Below, piece by piece: positions 50,331-64,000 of a stretch of 64,000 nucleotides of DNA; the stretch's first letter is position 1, and each line of letters opens with the position of its first letter. Below the pieces are notes generated by a model. That model saw only the letters and a program-made list of their open reading frames with translations, searched no databases and was not told the DNA's origin. Source of the DNA: Camelus dromedarius (lineage: Eukaryota); assembly GCF_036321535.1 (NCBI RefSeq), contig NC_087437.1:96474001-96538000 (forward strand), read 5' to 3'. The position numbers and the translations under genes were made by a program.

Positions 50331-50705
50331 TGTTTTTATTTATTAGTACCATTCCTTTCAGATAAATGAACTATAGAAAGGCATTTAAATGTAAAGTGGT
50401 ATTGAAAAATAGCATTATCATTAAGTAGCACAAACTGAATTTGAAGGAGACAAGAAAATAAAAAACAGCATTTGCCTATTTTCTTACTACAATTATTTTA
50501 CTTTTTGATTTGTGTACTTTATAGTTTGAGTCAAAACTAGAAATAGATGAGAACATTATTCTGTTAATACCACTCAAAAAAAAGTGTAATTTTCACAAGT
50601 GCTTCTATATCATCAGATTTAAAGGGTGTTACACAGCTAAAATCTGACATATAAGTATATAGAACTTTTAAAATACTTCATCTCATCCAGTCTTTGATAT
50701 TTTAC

Positions 50706-50808
50706 CGTTACGATCTCCGACAACCAGTAAAAGATTTGGTGCACAGATCTGTCAACAAAATGCCAGCTGATGCACCAGTCATCAAATACGCACAAAGTAG
50801 AGAGATTT
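50706..50808 (-). CDS. Candidate internal coding exon of an unidentified gene (NLSTLCVFDDWCISWHFVDRSVHQIFYWLSEIVT)
   Basis: Acceptor tacttctatttttatacag at 50809 and donor ACG|gtaaaa at 50705. The frame is open and ends in phase 0, matching the 7342 exon, with several retained CpGs. An alternative acceptor (ttttgttgacag) lies at 50749. Confidence 0.4.
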
Positions 50809-53800
50809 CTGTATAAAAATAGAAGTATTTTATTTACTCATCAAAACAGTTTATCAAGAGATGCTTACATGGATTTTGTGAAATATTTTCACGTGAATTG
50901 TTACAGCTGCCAATCATCCCTGACTTCTCAGCTAGTCACCAGACAAAAAGAAAAACTGAAGAAAATTTGTGAATAGAGTTGTAACTGAAATTTAAAATTA
51001 CTGCAGCCTGGTGTTCATTTTTGGTGGTGTTTGTTTACAATTTCATGTGAGGCCTTGGCTGCTGTGTAAAGTTATGTTATATAGTTTCCCCAAATAGTCG
51101 TTCAGCTCTCATTTTCCCTGTTCTAGCTGAGTGGAGATTAGTAGCCCATTATCAGTAGAAATATCAACATTTCCTAAAATTAGTAGAGATATATAAAATT
51201 TTAATTAAAAACCAATACATTTGAGGAGATGCTAGGAAAATTATGGAACTTTTCAGAATATGAGCTACTGCCTCTATCTGCAGGTAGAAAGAAAACAAAA
51301 GTATTCCTGTGTAAAGGCTTATGTCACTAGGATAACCCTGCATTGTACATGGTGGTCACTGAATATACATTGGCAGAAAATACTTGTTGACAACCAAAGT
51401 AGCCTGTTTACTTAAAAAGGTCCAAAGGTAAACAAGTTTTCTTTGAAAAAAGTGGTACAATCATAATGAGCAATAGAAAAGTAGCTTTAGTCTACTAAAT
51501 GAAAAATACCTCTATAAAAGAAAATAGAATAGTAAATATGGCTGAAGTTAGAATTAAAAGCAAATATTTAGAAATACAGTAACTGTTCTTCAATAAAATG
51601 TTTTTTAATTCAAATTCATTTTAATTTTAGAAGAAAACAATTAAGAAATTTTAAAGCTGTAACTAGTCTCAATAAACCTGGCAAAATAGAAAGTAATAAT
51701 AGTGATAAGAACTTTGTTTTTAGGGGCAGGTGGGTTCAAAAAGGCATCAAATGCTCATACCAGATTATTGTAGCAGAAATAAGTTAAATCATCTAAATGA
51801 ATGCTTCTGAATCACATTGAACTTATGGTAGAAAGTATGATAGAAATATTTAAAAATAAATTTTCTTAAATCTCTGATATTTTCTGCCTAAAGATAATTG
51901 AATTGATTCTTTTGCTAACATATAACATCACAATTTTTGATACTGCATTAAAAAAGAATATGTGTCATTGGTTCAAGTTCGTATTTTATATTTAGGTAAA
52001 TTTTCACATCATTAATGTCTTGCTCTCTAATATTATTGAACATATAAGGCTATAAAGCTTGATAGGACTTTCAGCTCATGTAACATTTCTTCAGTTTTAG
52101 AATTGAAAAATTAGTATTTACACTATTTTGATTTCATATTTAGTCAGCACTTCATGCATGATATTTTTCACCCAAATGTGTTGTATATTGTAATGAAGCT
52201 TATTTAAATATTATTTACCATAATAGATTATAAAATATACACAAATATGATACAAAGTCATTTTTTTCCCATTGGTCATCTTTTGGGAGAAGACACAGTA
52301 ACAACCTCTTCAAATTTGTCTAACTGAGCTATTCTGTCTTTTTTAATTTAAATACTTCAATAACAAAAACACATCACTTTTTGAATGTTAACAGTGAAAA
52401 AAATATATCCACAATGCTTAAATACCAGCAATCACCAGAAACTCCCAGGAGTAAAGTAAGGCGACTTCTTCCCTTGATGCTGATATCATCCACCTAAGCA
52501 TCAAGGAACCAATTCCAAAAGTCCCCAACCAATAACCAGAAAGCCCTGACATTGAGAAGATAAGCTCTAAACAGACACTATTTGAATGTCTGTCATTGAA
52601 TTTTTAATTCTGTTTCTTTTTCAATAAAGTCATCCCATCTGATGACTCCCAGAAAGAATGAGTGTTACATGGACAAAGCACTTACACAGGTCAACATGAA
52701 AATAACAAAAGGAAAAAGGATAAAGAGATTGCAATATTTGATTGAAAAATATTAATAAATGTCTTACTCCTTTTAAGTAGCTCCCTTCTCTCCTTGGGGG
52801 AAAAAAGTCCCTTTCATACGCCAGATAACCTTTAAATGGAGGCATCTTTCATTTCAAAGAGCATATTGTCTCTGTGATTCACCTAATTGTATTCTTCTTT
52901 GTCTACATTCACATTAAATGATTGCAGTATAATTCTTGAAGCCAAAATAATTTCATTGCCTGATAAGTAATAACAGACATCCAGGCATGATTAGTACTCA
53001 AATATTTGTCTGCACTCTCCTAGAACCCTAATCTCACTTCATTTTAACATGGACAACAACCCTAGGGGTTCTGAGATGGTAATGATGTCACAGTCTCAAG
53101 GGCAGAAGTGGGAGAAGGGAGGGGAGAGGAGTCGGGTTTGATTTCAGCAGACAATGTGAGTTGTTGCTCTTCTACGAATTTTGACATTGCCCCGGAATGA
53201 AGGAAGGATCCTGCTCAAAGCCAGCTCAGACAAAGCAATATTAAATTAAATATTTAATTTCCAAAGGGAAATCCCCAAAGTTCCAAAGCCCCAGGAAAGC
53301 TAATGGTCCTCTCTCTAGCTAGGCTGTAAGGAGCAAATACCAAACTCAGAACTAATTTGGCTATAAAACACAAGGACTTTCTTCAGAAATATTTAAAAAT
53401 CCCAAGGTTGTTTTTATTATTTTTTAAACAAAAACACAAATATAGTATGTATATTTTTAAACTGTGCAAATATTTACTTATACATGTATTCATATACTAA
53501 GAGGATTCACTGACATATACCTTGTCTTATATATAGACGTTAAAAGCAAATGAATTGTAGTTTCACTTAAATATTGCTTTTCTTGAGAGAAAAGACTTAA
53601 GCTAAACAATAAGAGCTAATTGCTCACATTTTCTTTTCTAAATTATTATAAACATATGATTATATATAATATTAACTTAAAACATACAAAAATAATATTA
53701 AAATACAAAAATCTATATAAACATTTCAAGCTTTGGTTACAATTTTGAAATATTTTACATAGTGACATGTATATACACTTAATATGGGATAGTGATACAA

Positions 53801-54599
53801 AAGTATTATACCAGTACTATATTAAAACTTGAAATGCAGTTAAATCCCCATTAAATTCTAAACCCTAACAAGGGAATTCCATGCACTGGATGATGTCCTT
53901 TTGCATATAATGACGGGCAGGGTTTCTCTCCCCCTGTAACACAGAAAGCCTACAAAGCAGATGTCATCTTTGTTCTTTGACACCAGGGCCTAACAGTGTA
54001 CTCCTGTAAATCACACTGCCTTTACTGACACATAACTGCTTCAGATTCATTATCTACAACCAAGAGAACTGCTTAAAACAAACAAACAAACAAAAAGCTA
54101 AGATTATTTTTTCACATTATGTAAACCAAATATAACACAAAGAAGCTTCACCTCATTGGTTTCACTGAACTATTCATAATATTATTAAGTTGAAATTTTC
54201 AGACATATAAATTGATGAGGCAACAAGTTAACTATGCAGAGATAAAAACTGACCATGAAGATAGGCAAAAACTATTACATGATCTGTTGTACAGTTTTTT
54301 TCCCTTTAGTTTCTCCACATAAGTAATATACTTCTTTATATTTGGTTGATTTATTATATTACAAGCACTAGCCTCAAACACAATGACTTGGTTTTAGAAG
54401 GTGTAAAATATCTGTCAGATACAACCAGTGCTGGTAAGTTATTGTTTAAATTAAAGAAAATAATACACAACTTGAAAATTGTGTATTATTGTAGCATAAA
54501 CCTAGAAGCACTTTGAAAATCATGAGACAGTTCAAATTACCAGAATTTCTGAGCATTGCACGAGTTGACAGGAAAGGGGGTCACAGACCAAACCAACTC

Positions 54600-55550
54600 A
54601 CCAACATAATTCAGAAACCATTCTTATTCATCATTCTTGGCTCTGGGCTTTCCACTGGCTCTTTCCTCTCTCAGGATTCCTCTTACTCTGGCCTTTGTAG
54701 GACAGCGTCTCTTTCAATCTTAGTTCAAATGTTACCCACTAAGAAAGGAATTGCTGACCATGCCAGGTAAATAGCTCTTCCTGATCCATTGCTTTATTAT
54801 TTTTTCCATAAGATTTAACAACTATTTAAAATTGTATTACTTACATGTTTCCTAATTTATTTTCTCTCTCTTTCCACAGCATGCAGCTCCACAATAGCTG
54901 GGATATTTTCTTTCTTAGTCATTTTGTAAACACAGTTGCACTAACATTGTTTGACTCACGGTGCAATGCAATACACCGAAAGAAAAATCAATGGATTTGG
55001 GAAAGCAGGAACAACACGGCAAGGCTTGAAGACAGAAAGGTAACCAAGAGAGTATAACATTACTGAATTCAAAGAAAGATAAATATTCAAGGTGGATCAA
55101 ATGATCAGTAATTTGAAAGCTACAGAGACCAAGAACTGGGTAAAGCACTGAAAGACTTCGGAGAGAATAATTTCAGCAGAGCCATGAGGACAGAGACTAG
55201 ACTCTAGAAAGTTAAACAGAAGACTGGGAAAGCCTATTTCCATAAAGTGTGTAAAAGAGATAGTGAGGAAAAAGAATCAGTGGAGAGAAAACAGATAGAC
55301 CTATGAGACAGTCATAAGGGACAAAATTACACTGCAGAGAAGGGTGACGGGATGAGAAATAGAACACCAGTTCAGGACTTCAGATTGGAAAAGAGTGAGC
55401 AAGTTTATCCTGGAAACTGTAAGGACAAAGAAAAAGTTAAGATAGCATATTAAGAATTTACAGGTAAAAACAGATAAAAGATTCTAGCACAGCCAACTCT
55501 ATCTTCTTTGTAAAGTAAGAGGTGAGATTTTAAGAACTCAAACAATAGGG
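54600..55550. mobile_element. L2 LINE fragments in both orientations
   Basis: Sense L2-like segment at about 54600-55000 (TTAGTTCAAATGTTACC...GCTCCACAA), followed by a purine-rich antisense L2-like segment. Confidence 0.5.
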
Positions 55551-56714
55551 CACAGCATTAGAGCATCAGGTAAATAAGTCCCAGCATTTCTTTTCTTTCC
55601 CCCTTTTAATATAAGGCTTTGCTTCACCCTAAGGCCCATACCATGAAAAAGTTATGTGATCCTACTTGTCAGGATGATTCCTAACTAGTGGGAAAGCAAC
55701 TCACAATTTTAAGTAAAGTAGTATTTTTTACCAAACCTTGCAATCACATGTTTAATCTCACAAATTATTTTCTTTTATTAACTGAATATTAAATTTCATG
55801 TTCAGTAGATATTTTACAAACAAGTTTAAAATAAAATATTATTTCAAACTCTAGAGAACCTAAAGACGTGCCTAAATCAATTATTTTTATCAAAAAGATA
55901 AAAAAGAATAATTTTGCATTTTTAAAAAGTTTAACTTTAAGGAAAACCAAAATTATTATTTGAAATATTCTTTACCATCAATATTCAATTTTTTTTTTTT
56001 CTTGATTTAAAAATGGCCTATGCTTTAGAGAAACTGTAGTTTCTCTGTATTTTATGTGGCATCCAATCTTCTGGTTCTTTAAGAAAACTTGAAAAAGAAA
56101 CCAGCTTTCAGATAAGTACTTAGACATTTGCTTGAAGGATTCTAACAGAAAAGTAAACTAATACAAAATTAATGTACTCTAATAAATCGGTCTCCATTTG
56201 ATACAGCCACGTATATCCAAATCTAGTATTAATATCCGTTTAATTTTCTTTTCCAACTGCCTTTGGCAGATGCTATTGCATTCATTTTTGGCCTCAAAGA
56301 AATCTAGGTTAACATTACATTTGTAGAGGAGTAACTTGATTTTATATTATTATTGTCATTGTTGTTAGATTTCAAAAGGCAGTCTAGCACAGATGATTCA
56401 AGCAGCAACCCTAGAGTTCTCAGACACTGCCCAAAGATGTACTTCCCAACACCAGGGTAAATCACTCAATAAAGCTCAAGCTTTTTATTCATCAGGTAAA
56501 GCAATACTTTTACTTTTAGATAAACGATTATATACTTTCACCATTGAACCTAAAACAACCAAGTTAAATGTTTTTTTTTTAAATTATTGTACAATAGCTC
56601 TGAAGTAAAAAACTGATCAAACTTTTATCACAGAGGGAATTCTGATTACAAATTATTAGGAAAAATAATAACCTCTTGATTCCAGTGGGGTGGAATCACC
56701 TAATATATACACAG

Positions 56715-56900
56715 TGCTAGGGAAGCAGGGCAGTGCACTACATAACAGCAAGCACTGGACTCCACTGCCTGTTCTGCTACTCATGAGCTATTCGTTCATG
56801 TACCTATTTAATAGCTTTAATAACACTTATGATGCTTATCTCTGAGGATGTTTCTGAAAAGCAAATTAGATAATGCATAGAAAACAATCTCCAACTGTAC
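56715..56900 (+). mobile_element. MIR SINE fragment
   Basis: AGCACTGGACT...TCTGCTACTCATGAGCT...GAGGATGTTTCTGAAAAGCAAATTAGATAATGCAT. Confidence 0.55.
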
Positions 56901-59900
56901 ACAGCTACATAATTTAGATGAGTACTGAATCACAGACACCCACCCAACCCCCAATAACCAAAAGGTGCATCAGTGCCATTATGTGTTATTTGAGAGAAGT
57001 ATATTACAGAAACTGTGGTGGTGAAGGCTTAGAAATTAAAATCAGTTCTTGAATGTGAAAACAGCTTCTTACAGAGTAATTTCATTGGTTTCACAGATAG
57101 TTTATCAACAAAGCATGCCAAATGAACCTAGCAGACTGAATTTATGTTGAGCCACATAGATAAAATGCATGAGAACTAGAAGTAGTCCAACTATGTTAAA
57201 GTTTGTGTCCTACTAGTTAGTTTGTTGGCTTCATAAACTGAATCTGGATTAAGCATTTCAACAGAGTAACATCTTCGAGAGATCCGAAATAATTAGCTTT
57301 TTTATTGTTTCAGGTCTGTGTTTCTGTCTGGATTTTATTAAGATTTTATTTTCAATCTTGTAAGTAAATTTTTTAAATTAAAAAATATATACCTGTATGT
57401 GTTTATGAGTGTGTGAATTACATCTGCTCTCCTAGCTAATGCAAATCCTCAATAAAATTTCAGAATTATTGCTAACTTGAATCCATCAATACAGAGAAAA
57501 TATTGTTGAATGCATCTATAAAGTAGCATTTTGGTTGTATACTTTACCATTTTTTATTTGAGTCTGTCAGAGAATAAGTCAAATATTGGGAAAATACATT
57601 GTCAGATTTAACTTCAGTCTGGTTTCTCTCCTAACACACATGCACACCCATTAACATTTGCATAGTTTTCAACACATGGACTGAAATATCTGCTTGTGTC
57701 TGTGTTTGCAAGTGAGGTAGTGGAGCTCATAAATTAAACCTCTGCATACATGTAAAAACTAGTTTCACTATTTTGACTGACTTGACAGTCAATGACAACA
57801 GAAGGCAGCAAAAAGAACAATCAGGTTATTTGATTGACTTGAAAAGAAAGTATAACCTGTTTCCTCTCCCTCGACCACCCCAATACCCTACCTTAACTCA
57901 ACCCAATCTGTCAGTCAAACCCACTACATACAAACTCTACGTGTAGACTTTAGCTCCAGCAGAATTAGAATGCCATTCTAAAAGAGAAGAGAACCGTCCT
58001 CACAAAAATTCAACTCTCTGTTATATATTATCTTTAACTTGTTCTTTCCTTACAAATGGACTGTCCTGGAGTATCTGTCCAATAGTGCTGGAAAGGAATC
58101 GAAGTTCTAATTATTTTACCAAAATCCTATTTCAGTCATCAAAATGTATCACAGTAAAGATTTTTCAATAACTTGTACAAATCCATTTATGAAAGAAAAA
58201 TAATCTATTTAAAAATATTTTTTCTTGACTATCCTGAATGGAAACAGAGATATAAACAAATTGACAAAGTTGTATGTCTGAATCTTATATGAATATTTTT
58301 TAAACTGAAAATTATAGCCTCCTTAAATGTCATGTTTTGTCAGTGTTTCTTGATTTTATTTTTTCACTTATACTTTGGGGCAGTTAAATATTTTAAGAAA
58401 GATTACCTTTGTACACTATGAAAACATGTGTTCCACTATTTCAACAGTTTCAATAAGCCTAAAACTTTTCAATAAAACACAAAATTGCTTTTAAGGTGAA
58501 ACTTTCTCCCTTGTATAAAAAGGTCAAGAACTTGTTGAATAAAATTGCATTTTACATTGGCCTCACAATTCAAATTTTTAAGAAAAATCATTTTGGTCAA
58601 CACCACTTGTTAACTGAGTAATCTTGTCTTTATCAATGAAGACAATATAAGGAGTCAAAATACCATGTGTGGAGGTAGATGTACCTCAGCTGATCCTTGC
58701 ATTGTTCCTCCTACAGTCACTTGAGCATAGGCACCAGCCTCTACAGCAGCTCTGAACCCAGTAAGTGGCAAAGAGCAGAAAAGAGAAAGAAATAGGAGGA
58801 GGTGGTGAGGAAGCAGGCAGTGAGAAAAACTGCCATCAAGTGCAGTCTGATACAATATTCTCATGTGAAAATTAAAGAAAGTACACAAAACTGGTGAAGA
58901 CAGAGAAGGAGAAGAAAGAGGGAGAGGAGAGAGGGTGGGGAGAGGGAGGAAAGGGAAAAAGAAGAAAGAAAATGCCCATTTAGAACAGTCCAAATAGAAT
59001 CATGTTGTTTAGCAGGATAGTAATATCTTGCTACTTATTCGTTTGTTTTTTAATAAAAAATAAATTGTATTTTTCTAGTCAAAATAGTCTTAATTGAATT
59101 TGTTTATTGTTTGCTTAATTGAAACGTATTTCAAGGATTCGATGGTAGAGAACTACTAAAATTTTAAAAAGATTCATGTTATATTATTTCTTGCACATAA
59201 TGGAGGAGTTGAACTGTATCTCCAAATTTCCATTTCAGCTATTTTCCAGATGACAAGAACAAATGATGAGGACAGTCATCCAGTGATAAGGACAGTGATG
59301 GGTGATAGATATCATATGCTTAACTGAGTCTCATGATGCATTACTCTAATCTCATTAAAAGGTTTCTCCCTAAAATCTGAACTTTACAAGAAATATTGTC
59401 CTAAAGTAAACATCACAAATGTCTTCTTGCAAAGAAATTTGCATAGCATGAAATCACATATAGAAATGATATTTCTGGCTGAAAATGAGAGATTTTGTTT
59501 AAATATTTATAGTCTTTCAAATACTATTTTAAGCTTACAAGTGTTAATTCAGTTTCAATGAGTCATTTTTTTTCCACTATTAAGTGCATTTTAATACACT
59601 ATTACACACAATCTCTTGATGGTATATATGCTCATAAATTGATTTAGCTGCACATCCTATTTTCCCCTCTATGTCTTTAGTTAGTAACTTTTAATCAGGT
59701 GAATCAAAAATGACCCACACAGAGCTTTATTTAATTTATTACAGAATTTATTTTCAAAAGGTTGCCTTGTAATGAATGCATGGCTGCCAGTATATTAAAG
59801 AAATTGCACTTTGAAGAACAAAAGGAAACAAATAAGACTTCACATAGCCACAGCATGTTGTTGAAGATGAGTTTCCTCTGAGCAATAGAATCCAAAAGCT

Positions 59901-62900
59901 CTCAGAAAGGATAAAAAGGTGCTTTTTCATTATTATATATTGTACAAAATTTACTGAATTAGAATCTATTAATAAAAGCAAAATAGTAAAAAAAAAAAAA
60001 ACCTTTAGAAAAAAATCAGTCATTGTTTTCAATAGAACAAAATAATATGATCCTTGTAACTCTAATTATTCTGTATCTTCTGTTGAAAAATAGAATGCCT
60101 GCAGTAAATGTCACTAATTTTGTAAGGGAAAATCTATGTATAGTGTGTGAGATGCCTACTGAAATACCTAGCAGTGAAATGAAATGCCTTAATATGCTTC
60201 AGAGTGAAAAAAAGAAGGAATAGGTAAACACTGTAGCAAAGTATCAGCAGGGTTATGTCCAACATCATTATGCTATTTTCTATAATTTTGTATATGTTTG
60301 GAAATTCTCAGGAATCCTTCCTAGGGAGAAATAAATGTCTAATGATATAAAGTGTATCTTATCTAGAATCCCTATAGTCAAGAATTTCAAATGGATTCTC
60401 CTTTTCTTGGACTCTGACCCTTTCTATTATTTTAGGATAAAAGTATCCATAACTACTAAATACACTCAGGAGAAGTTTAATTAAAAAAAAAACAACCCAC
60501 CCCCCACAAAAATCAGGCAAACGGTAAAACAAATTTTAGGATAAGCTCTAGAATTAACATAGATTTAATTCATCAATATAGTAGGTCCAATGAACACACA
60601 CAGCACTGAAGCATTACAAAACCATAAGTCCAAACAATATTAAATGCTGTTCTCTGTATTATATTAATGCATTTTTAAGGCAGTAAGGATTTCTTTGCAA
60701 AAGTGTAAGCCAAGAATGCCATTTTGCATAATCTTAACTTAGCCAGGTATCTTTCCCCTCAAGCGTCCAATAAATACTGTATTTTACTTAATTAGGTAAT
60801 CTTTCAGCTCTGTTATTCAAACTTTTGTGGTTTGTGAAAAACCAAGTCAACGGTCTGTGGATTTAGACTATATAGTCAGTAAAATCAGAAATGTGTGTCA
60901 GGGTTCAAGACTCCTTTTACTGTCCCTTCTAGTGAAGGGGCTGTCTTCTCACAGGCAGCATATTGGCTGAAAGTACATTAACGAACAGTGTTAGAAAATA
61001 TGGTTTACAACTAGTAGTCAACAGAGTGCTGCTACTTAGATCACAGGTTAGAAGTACTTTGGCCACGATAGACCACCTTAAAACACAGAAGCAGCAAAGG
61101 CTCATGTATACAAATTCAGAAGGACATAACTTATAAATCAATTCCAATAGCAAAAAGTATACACAGATCTCCTTTAAAATATTTGAACAACCGTGAGGAT
61201 GCCACATATGAATCTGATACATATGAACTGTTATGGGGAACCCAGCCACATAACAAAACAAAATTTCAAGCTAATCAAATCACCTTGATATAATCACACT
61301 GAGGTAAACACATAAACAAAACTAGAAGGAAAACAAAATGAGGTTTTTCTCTTCTCTGGCCTGAATGGAGTATGACTTTTAATATAATCTGCATACAAAG
61401 ATAGTCTATGTCACAGTTTTCCAAAGTGATTTTCTTTTGTAATGTTCAAGGGCTAAATATGCTTGAACAACTCAGTTAAAGCAGGAGATCACAGGTATCT
61501 TCACTACAAGTGTTGCAGAAAGTGCAATAAGTAAATTTCAATCATGAATCTATAGGAGAAGTCACGGTAAGTAGCATTTGACTGTGTAACCCTTTTGTCA
61601 TAAACAAGAGACCAGAGTACACAACTATAAAAACTTAGTATTCTGCACGACACAGTTTTGTGAGATGTGGGTCTAAACCTCAAAGAAACAAAATTGACAT
61701 GAGACATGTAAAAAAAAAAACCCCTGGAAAAAAAAAAAAACAGCTAGCTTAAATGCCTTGTTTAGGTGTTCCTCTCTCTTAGAAAAGCAAGTTAACAATA
61801 TTTAGTTTCAGTATCTGTTAAGTATGAATATTTTGTACTCAAAATTGATGACGTAACTGGTTTTTTTTTAAATGGGAAGCCCTTTCCAATATGACATATC
61901 ATTGAAAGTAGAGATATTCTGAAATTTAAAGTTTAAAAATTCATTCTTTATAGTTGAACTACAAAAAGCCCACATAGCCATCCTTTTCAAGTAAAACCAT
62001 ATACAGCTCCTAAAAAAAGTAGATCCTAAACTTTCAGCTTGTTTAAGGATAAGAGCTTTGACTGTGAAGAAAACGGAAAGTGAAGGCTTCTGTATACTGT
62101 ACACTTCAATGATCTTAGAAATCATTTTCCCAGGGTAGAAGGGGAAGAGGTCACACATACATTCTATTTGATTCTATTTTGACAGGGTGAAGTGGATTAC
62201 CAAAACAACAGTTCATACATATTTAAAGAGGAAGGAAAGTACTCCTTGGGAGCTACAGCTTTAAGTGCTTTCTACACCAGATGTCTGCTTTTTAATGGGT
62301 CTTCTTATTTAGGAAATGAAAATGAAATTAGGAGTAGACCACATTTTTCCATTGAACAAGTGTGCATATCACATGGAGCAAATGGACGCATCACCATGCT
62401 GTCTCATCATCAATTAAAATAAAAAAAAAAAATTTAAGTGGGAAGGAAATGCTTTAGAAAGTTATTTATAAATGCACGTATATAGAGATAAAGTTTTGAA
62501 CAGCAGTTGTTTCCAATGATCTAAAGAAAATTTGAGCAGACTAAACCAGTGATGATAACCTAATGGGAAAAACAGAACCTACTTTGCAAAGTAATCCATT
62601 CTTACATTCCTTTACACTGTAAAATGTTACAATGTTTTGAAAACCTTCTAGGAAAATCTTTCATCTCTTTATTATTCAGTACTTGCCACTTTGAAAATCC
62701 TGTGATGTTCAAATTCTTCCGAGGGAAGACCCATGGTAACCAATAACCCGCTGGGAACCACATACACCAGTTTGGTGAAATAAAAGGATCTTGAGCAAGT
62801 ACTTTTCCTATACTCAGTTCTTCATACTGAAAATTTCTGTACCAGTTCTTGGCTAGAACCTATATATTTAAATCAATATAACCTTTCTTTTCCACTAAGG

Positions 62901-62989
62901 GTTTTTGGACATGAGGGTAAAATAAGACAGCATATTAACAGACCAGTGGAATAGCCATCTTTTAAAACAAATATCTATCATTCATTTGT

Positions 62990-63369
62990 TGGACTACTAC
63001 TGCGTCTCATCACAGAAATTTCTTTCTTTGGGGAACTCCTATTCTATAATCTTTGTACAAATGGCCACATTTTTGCATGCCCCAGCAGACTGGTGCATAG
63101 ATGGGCATGTGACCTCAGTGGGGCAGTGAGTCTTTTTTATAAGAAGGTCAGTCTAGGCAAAGAGAGAGAGAGACAGACACTGGGAAGAAGGTATGACACA
63201 AAAAGACTGGAGGAGGTCTGAATCCTGGTGTTAGGCTCTGCTTCCTCCCAATCCAGTCTGGGTATGGGATCAGTGACACACCCTACCAGCTTTATAACAA
63301 AAACCTTTATATCAAATTGGTTGAAATAATATTTCTGTTATATTTAACTGAAGACTACCAAATAATACA
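62990..63369 (+). mobile_element. Solo LTR, ERVL class (LTR16/LTR33-like)
   Basis: GATGGGCATGTGACCTCAG motif, a GA-rich tract, and the 3' end TTCTGTTATATTTAACTGAAGA...AATAATACA with terminal CA. Confidence 0.6.
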
Positions 63370-64000
63370 ATGTAACACTACAAATTCACTTTAAAAGGGG
63401 GAGCATCTTCTGTCTACCTTGAAACTGGTCTGAATGATGGGATTTCAGCTTAGGGAGCATTACAGTGCTGACCTGCAGAGCACTGGGAAGCATTCCAGCA
63501 CTGGCAGAGAGCGCCAAGTCAAGGAGTGAGCCCAGAGGTATGAGCCACTAAAGCCACAGGAAGACAAAGCTGTGTACCAGTCATATTTAGGTCTGCAGCG
63601 TTCATGTAATTGATGTATTCCTTGCCAAAAATGTTTAGACCATGTAAAATCTGAGGTACACAGTAAAGTTTTATCATCACACACGTAAAGGTCACGAAAA
63701 ATTGTACTCAATATCAAATGCTACCTTTGACTCCACCATTTGGATTATATTAACTATGAATCTCCTTTACTCCTTTTTTTTTTTTTTGGTAATAGAAAAT
63801 TGTGATTTCTCCTATTATACAACATCATAATACTTAGGATGCAAGTTAAACAATAATTAATCTTTTTCAAAAAGATGAATGGGTAACTCTGCTGTGTGAG
63901 ACTGAAAGTTCATTAATGTCTAAATGATAAAAGAGATACTAATCTCTCTTCATTAGTCAGGTGAAGTTAGTTACACCTTCTACGAAAGAGTATTCAGAAC

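Noticed and set aside
50691..50816. Plus-strand open frame SLIFYRYDLRQPVKDLVHRSVNKMPADAPVIKYAQSREISV*
   Set aside because: It is codon-aligned with the minus-strand candidate exon and has weaker splice signals. It is more likely the antisense shadow, though not excluded.
58664..58751. Exon-like minus-strand segment AAVEAGAYAQVTVGGTMQGSAE
   Set aside because: The donors are weak and end in phase 0, which does not fit the 50808 acceptor. The ORF extension is a low-complexity GA tract.
1..64000. CRISPR array, operon or prokaryotic defence system
   Set aside because: There are no regularly spaced repeats or dense ORFs, and the repeat content is clearly mammalian.

Overview
AT-rich, CpG-poor mammalian genomic DNA, most likely from a camelid, based on a Vic-1-type tRNA-derived SINE at 30.75 kb and young cetartiodactyl-type L1 3' ends. 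The window is largely intronic or intergenic. It holds layered retrotransposon and DNA-transposon fossils (young and old L1, L2, MIR, MER5, MER58A, an ERVL-type LTR), microsatellites, and several repeat-free, motif-dense blocks that look like conserved enhancers. The only recognisable protein-like ORFs are disabled L1 ORF2 fragments. A few minus-strand segments have proper splice signals and compatible phases (50808-50706, 7342-7108, 3187-3153). They may be the 3' end of a large-intron gene whose product I could not identify. I see no rRNA, true tRNA, CRISPR array or prokaryotic-type system, and I cannot support a claim of a new biological system. The most unusual sequence-level observations are an 18-bp inverted repeat with an adjacent long hairpin at 39.1-39.9 kb, a fold-back palindrome at the 5' end of a young L1, an old twin-primed inverted L1 with its TSD still visible, and the unidentified exon chain. 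Repeat family names come from recalled consensus similarity, not from a database search. Boundaries of old repeats are approximate.
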